Assembly: GCF_009914755.1 (NCBI RefSeq)
Contig: NC_060925.1
Reading direction: 5' to 3' (one strand)
Source of the DNA: the human T2T-CHM13v2.0 reference genome, Homo sapiens
DNA: 64,000 nucleotides
A model generated the notes under the pieces. The model saw nothing but the letters and a program-made list of their open reading frames with translations. It was not told the origin of the DNA and did no database searches. Below are positions 58,516 to 64,000 of this stretch, piece by piece. Positions within the stretch are counted from its first letter, which is position 1. Each line of letters starts with the position of its first letter. A program made the position numbers and the translations under genes.

Positions 58516-59299
58516 TTTCTATTTTTATTATTTTAGAAAAACGTGAATTTAAAACCATATATATAAATATTATTTTAGAAATATATTTTTTTCTACTGTC
58601 ACATTTCAGATTCTTGTCATTACTGGGAGTATTTTTTCAGGTATCTACCATGGCTTTCTAGAATACCATATTTATTGTTATTTAAGTTGTTTGAGATGCA
58701 ATACTTTTGAATCCATACACAATACTGTAACAGGTACCTGCTAATATAATGTTACAACCACAGGTGTTTTTTTTCACTTGTCTTTTTGAGTTATAATCTT
58801 CACTATGTTGTAACTATTTAGTATACTAATTTTTAAAGTAATCTTTAAAAGACTTTAAAATGATATTCTACATTTGTATGTGTGAAATCATTCTTCAGGG
58901 ATAATTATCATATTACTATATCCTTGATAAGTATCTTTTTTGTTGTTACTGATTCCATCAGAAGTTTTCTCCCATGTAGTAAAGATTGATACATTTGTTA
59001 GGCAAGTGTGTCTTACATATAGTCATTTGTCGTTCAAAATAATTTAGAAAGTGCCTTCTTAAGATGAAAGTGTCTTCTTAAGATGAAAGATTTATAAGAA
59101 CTTGAATTTAGGAAGAATCTCTTTTTTTCTGCAGTTTAACTTTTGATTAAAAAGGAAACATCAGATTATATTTGGGACTATATATCTTTGAGAAAAACAT
59201 ATGACAGCACTTCAAAAATTCATGGAAAAATGGAATTAAAAGATAAAAATAAAAAATATAAACATTTTTAATTTTTAATTTTAATTTCAATTTTTTAAT

Positions 59300-59452
59300 T
59301 AAATAGAGATGATTTTAAAAAAAAATTAAATACAGACGAGGTCTCACTATGTTGCCTAGGCTCGTCTCAAACTCCTGAGCTCATGTGATCCTCCTGCCTT
59401 GGCCTCCCAAAGTGCTAGGATTGATTGCAGGCATGAGCCACCATGCCCGGCC
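59300..59452 (-). mobile_element. FLAM in HSMAR2
   Basis: Reverse monomer. Confidence 0.85.
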
Positions 59453-59934
59453 AACTTTATTTTTTAGCATAAATGCCATCAAGGTCAAGATACTTTTGTA
59501 AGCAATGATAGCAGCCATTTAGTCCATTCCTAAAGAATTTACAGTCCTCAGAGTTTAACCATGTCAGTGCAGTCTTTTTTACATGAGTAACTAAAAGAAA
59601 ATAGGTTTGTTTTAAAGGTGTGTGTGTGTTTTTTTTTAATATTAGGAAACAAAGTCAGAAGGAGCCACATCAGAACTGTAAGTTGGATGCCTAATGATTT
59701 TCCTTGAAAATTCATGCAAATTGCCCTTGTTTGATGAGAGGAATGAGCAGGAGCATTGTCATGGTGGAGAAGGACTCTTTGGTGAAGCTTTCCATGGGAG
59801 TTTTTCTGCTAAAGTTTTGGCTAACTTTCCCAAAACACTCTAATAATCAGATGTTGTTGTTCCTTGGCCCTCCAGAGAGTCAATAAACAAAATGCCTGAA
59901 GATCCCAAAAAACTGTTGCCATGAACTCTGCTCT

Positions 59935-60255
59935 GTTTTTTGTTTGTTTGTTGTTTTTTGTTTGTTTGTTGTTTTTTAAGAGACAAGGTCTTTGTGTCAC
60001 CGAGGCTGGAGGGCAGTGGCGCAATCATAGCTCACTGCAGCCTGGAACTCAAGTGATCCTCTTGTTTCAGCCCCCTGAGTAGCTGAGACTGTAGGCCTGT
60101 GCCACCACACTTGGGTCATTTTAAACAATATTTTTGAAGAGACGGGGTCTTGCTATGTTGCCAGGCTGGTCTCGTCCTCCTGGGCTCAAGCGATCCTCTC
60201 GCCCCTGTTTCCCAAAGTGTTGGGATTCACAGGTGTGAGCCACTGCGCCTAGCCC
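59935..60255 (-). mobile_element. AluJ-like in HSMAR2
   Basis: Reverse dimeric Alu with (TTTG) tail. Confidence 0.9.
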
Positions 60256-60684
60256 ACCTTTGCTCTTCACCAGTCCACTGTACTTTAACTGGACCACTTC
60301 CACCTCTTGGTAGCCATTGTCAGGACTGTGCTTTGTCTTCAGGATCATATTGGAAAAGCCATGTTTCATTTCCTATTACAACTCTTCGAAGAAATGCTTC
60401 AGGATATTGAAGCTACCTATTTAAAATTTCCATTGAGAGCTCTGCTCTTGTCTGCAGCTGATCTGAGTGCAACAGTTTTGACACCCATTGAGTGGAATGT
60501 TTGCTCAACTTTAACTTTTTAGGCAGAGTTGTGTCAAACTAAATCGATTGACATGCCTATGATGTCGGCTGTCATTTCTGCCTGTCCTTTTCAATTAAGG
60601 CATGAACAATATTTAATTTTTTTTCTTACAAATCTGTGAGGGTGGTCTGCTGCTATGGGCTTCATCTTCAAAATCATCTTGTCA

Positions 60685-60978
60685 GCCAAGCATGGTGGCT
60701 AACCCCTATAATCCCAGCACTTTAAGAGGCAGAGGTAGGAAGATCGCTTGAGCCCAGGAGTTTGAGACCAGCTTTGGCAACATAGCAAGACCCTGTCTCT
60801 ACAAAAAATAAAAAATTAGCTGAGCATAGTGGTGCACGCCTATGGTTACAGTTTCTCTGGAGGCTGAGGTGGGAGAATCACTTGACACAGAAGGTCAGGG
60901 TTGCAGGGAGCAGTGATTGCATCACTGCCTTCCAGCCTGGGCAACAGAGTGAGACCCTGCCTCAACACAAAACAAAAA
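60685..60978 (+). mobile_element. AluJ-like in HSMAR2
   Basis: TSD AAA.TC.TCTTGTC. Confidence 0.9.
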
Positions 60979-61719
60979 ACTCTTCTTGTCCCTTCTTAAA
61001 ACAAATTACCTATTTGTAAACTGCTGATTTCTTTGAGTCATTGTTCCCATAAACTTTTCATAAGGCCTCAATGATTTCACCATACTTCCATTAATGCTTC
61101 GATATAAATTTGATGTTTGTTTTTGCTTTAACATTAGCAGAATTCATGTTGCTTTAATAGGGACTCTTTTTAAACTGTTGCTTATCCTTCTTAGTGCCTC
61201 AAACTAGATCCTGTTCAGACATGTAATAGTTTATTTTGGTACAAAAGTTTTTTGATATCCATGCATAGTTTTTTCATAATATGCATTTCCATGAATTTTT
61301 TGAATTTTTTAAATATTTTTCTTTTTAGTTCAGATGTTGTTTCTGGTCTAATATTTACTTGTTTATATTTAATAAGTTATTTTTACTTTAAAAATATTTT
61401 GATCTTTTTTTACATGCATGTTTGTGTGTGCAGTTTCTGGTGTATTTTTAACAGTAGCAATAGGACTGTTCAGGACTCTTAGGAAATGCAAAGAGAGCAA
61501 ATTTTTTTCCCCTTGAGACTTGCTTTGGAGATAGCAAGGTATAGCTTTGAATCACAGCTCCAAAATTGATTGCTTATATGCAATTTGGTTAAGTGTCTTA
61601 AACTCTGCGAGCCTGGGTTTTCTCTTCTACAGGAACTCTTGTAGAATTTAAATTAAAAAATATATAAAGTGCTTAATGCATTTATATACATAGAAACACA
61701 TGTATGCATAAGTATATGT

Positions 61720-61721
<2 letters not shown>

Positions 61722-61764
<43 letters not shown>
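61722..61764. repeat. (CA)~21 microsatellite
   Basis: Read directly. Confidence 0.95.
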
Positions 61765-61770
<6 letters not shown>

Positions 61771-61948
61771 CATACATACAAACAGCTTGCTAAGTATGAG
61801 GCACGCATTACCATTACTATTAGCTGCCTTTCAGAATTACCTGTTTTCTATTGATATCATAACTACCTTTCCTCAATTGCTTTATCTTTTAGGCCCCAGA
61901 ATTGTCTGGTCTTTCCTGCCTTGGATATCCGCTCTAGCTAGTTCCTAT

Positions 61949-62248
<300 letters not shown>

Positions 62249-62379
62249 TAGTACCTTTCTAAAGTACAATGTACGAGTACTTTTCTTTCCATTTCTTAGA
62301 TCTTTGCTACCTAAAGTTTAAGTACATAGATTAGCAGCATTGAAAGCTTCTTATAAATACTTCAAAGCACTTGAGCACT

Positions 62380-62730
62380 TTTAATTTATGCATTTCTGTT
62401 GGTTATAATACTTGGGAGTGAAATCACTGAGTCATAGAGTATATACATGTTCAGTTTTAGTAGTTACCCATTTTGCATCAATTTATTGTTTTCCCAAGTG
62501 TTTGCACTAATTTACATTCCCTCCAGCAACCTATAAAAGTTCCAGTTGCTGTATTTCTTGACTAATACATGGCATTGTCTGTCTTTTTTATTGTGCTATT
62601 CTGGTGGGTGTATTATGGTATTGTATTGCATTGTGGTCTTAATTTACTTTTCTCTGATGACCCATGATATTGAGCACCTTTTCATGTTTATTGACTATCT
62701 AGATCTCCTCTTTTCTAAATCTGTTTTCCT
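62380..62730 (-). mobile_element. Old L1M fragment
   Basis: TTTACATTCCCTCCAGCAA, GATATTGAGCACCTTTTCATGTTTATTG. Confidence 0.75.
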
Positions 62731-64000
62731 GTGAGACATATACCTTCTTTTGTAATGCCCGGACCTTGACTAAATTGTAGTTCTGGTGCTGATGGTTATT
62801 ATTTTTTCTTCTGATTCTTTTCCATATTTAGAAGCTTCTGGAATGCAGTACTACATAGGATTCTTTAGGACTTGGAATATATAGATAATAACTCTCTTTT
62901 GATAGGTGTTTGTTGGTTTGCTCAGATATGAGAGTGATTAGCACACCAAACTTACATACACCTCATATTCTAAAGCAGCAATACTAGTAGATTGTGAAGC
63001 CTGTATCATATATTCACGCACCCCAAGTATTAGAGTTAGTCATGCATTTTTTTTCCATACAGTAAATAAATAGTTACTGAGTGTTAGTTATGTGTTAGGT
63101 ACTGTGCCAGATGCCAAGGATCAATGATAAATGAGACACAGACCCTGTTCTGAAGGAGCTAGCCACCGTAAAGGAGATCAGTAACAACAACAGCAAAGTA
63201 GGTAATTACAGCACTTGATGTTAAGAGCCACCAGGAAGAGGAGCTGTGGGATTACATTAGAACATCACTTAATCAGACTGTTGAGTTGGTGGAATGAGTT
63301 GGGGAATGGGGTGCTAGTTAGGGAATGCTTACTGAAAGACGGTACTTCATTTGAAAGACAAATGAGACATAGACATGTGATGCATTGGAGATTTGGTGAA
63401 TGGGAATTTAAATAGTTCACATATTTAATGGCATTTATGTATTCCATTGAATACAGTTCAACTGAAATTTGCTGAATGCTTATCATAAACTGGGCATGTG
63501 TTGGCTCTGAAAATGAGAGAAAGCACAGTCCTTATGGGAAGTTCCAAATAGTTCTAAATGACTGAAGTATAACATTTGAGGTGAGGGAATAGTGAATGAT
63601 GTTACAGGAAAGACAGGCAGAGACATATATATGTATTATATAAATACTTTATGTATACCTATAGCACTATATGAAGTCCTTTAATATTCAACCATTCTGA
63701 TTACCTTCTTACTCCAATTTTCCAATTAGGTGCATAACATGCTGTGAGTGTAGAATGGGTTTCAGCTTCCCAATATCAGTGGAGCCTCCATTCTATATGG
63801 TACCATAATTTGTCCTGACTACCAGAGCTTCTGTCCAACACCATCGTACAAAATTCTTGAATCTTCCCCTTGGTTTTCATTTCAGTCAGCTTGCCTTACC
63901 TGTAATTACAGGGTATACAGAAGACTAATCTTTCTTACTACTAAAGTATTTCATAACATATGGACACTTTGGTCAAAAGCAATTAGTGGAAAGAGAAGTG

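Larger units (their letters stand above)
59202..61304 (-). mobile_element. HSMAR2 mariner transposon, near full length, split by three Alus; transposase pseudogene
   Basis: Inverted termini TTCAAAAA.TTCATGGAAA (left, after TA) and TTTCCATGAATTTTTTGAA (right). The reverse strand gives MNSA.. at 61147, QWVSKLL (WVPxxL motif), MATVFWD and YSSDVAPSD (YSPDLAP motif, 59654-59680). Confidence 0.9.

Overview
Primate (most likely human) genomic DNA containing the 5' end of PRKAA2 (AMPK catalytic subunit alpha-2) on the + strand. A CpG-island promoter (~41.6-42.8 kb) leads into coding exon 1 (ATG 42256 to 42349, [31 protein letters not shown]). The rest of the window is intron 1; no exon 2 was found. 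The ORF track misses this exon, and the long ORFs I could interpret are repeat-derived or GC artefacts. The other ~60 kb is layered transposon debris: Tigger1, a THE1 MaLR provirus split by a 3.8-kb L1PA, a two-LTR THE1D-like provirus, a solo THE1 LTR, a near full-length HSMAR2 mariner, L1M/L2/MIR fragments, ~35-40 Alu/FLAM copies and a 3' fragment of an RPS2 retrocopy. I cannot support a new gene system. The best leads are: (1) an 87-bp apparent gene-conversion tract between two inverted AluY elements 1.7 kb apart; (2) an atypical, shifted-register 5' splice site (A|GTTGAGTA) on PRKAA2 exon 1; (3) a co-oriented solo THE1 LTR 10 kb upstream with an intact DUX4 motif and splice donor; (4) several retrotransposition and rearrangement scars. 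Repeat subfamily calls come from remembered consensus sequences. Boundaries of old repeats are approximate.
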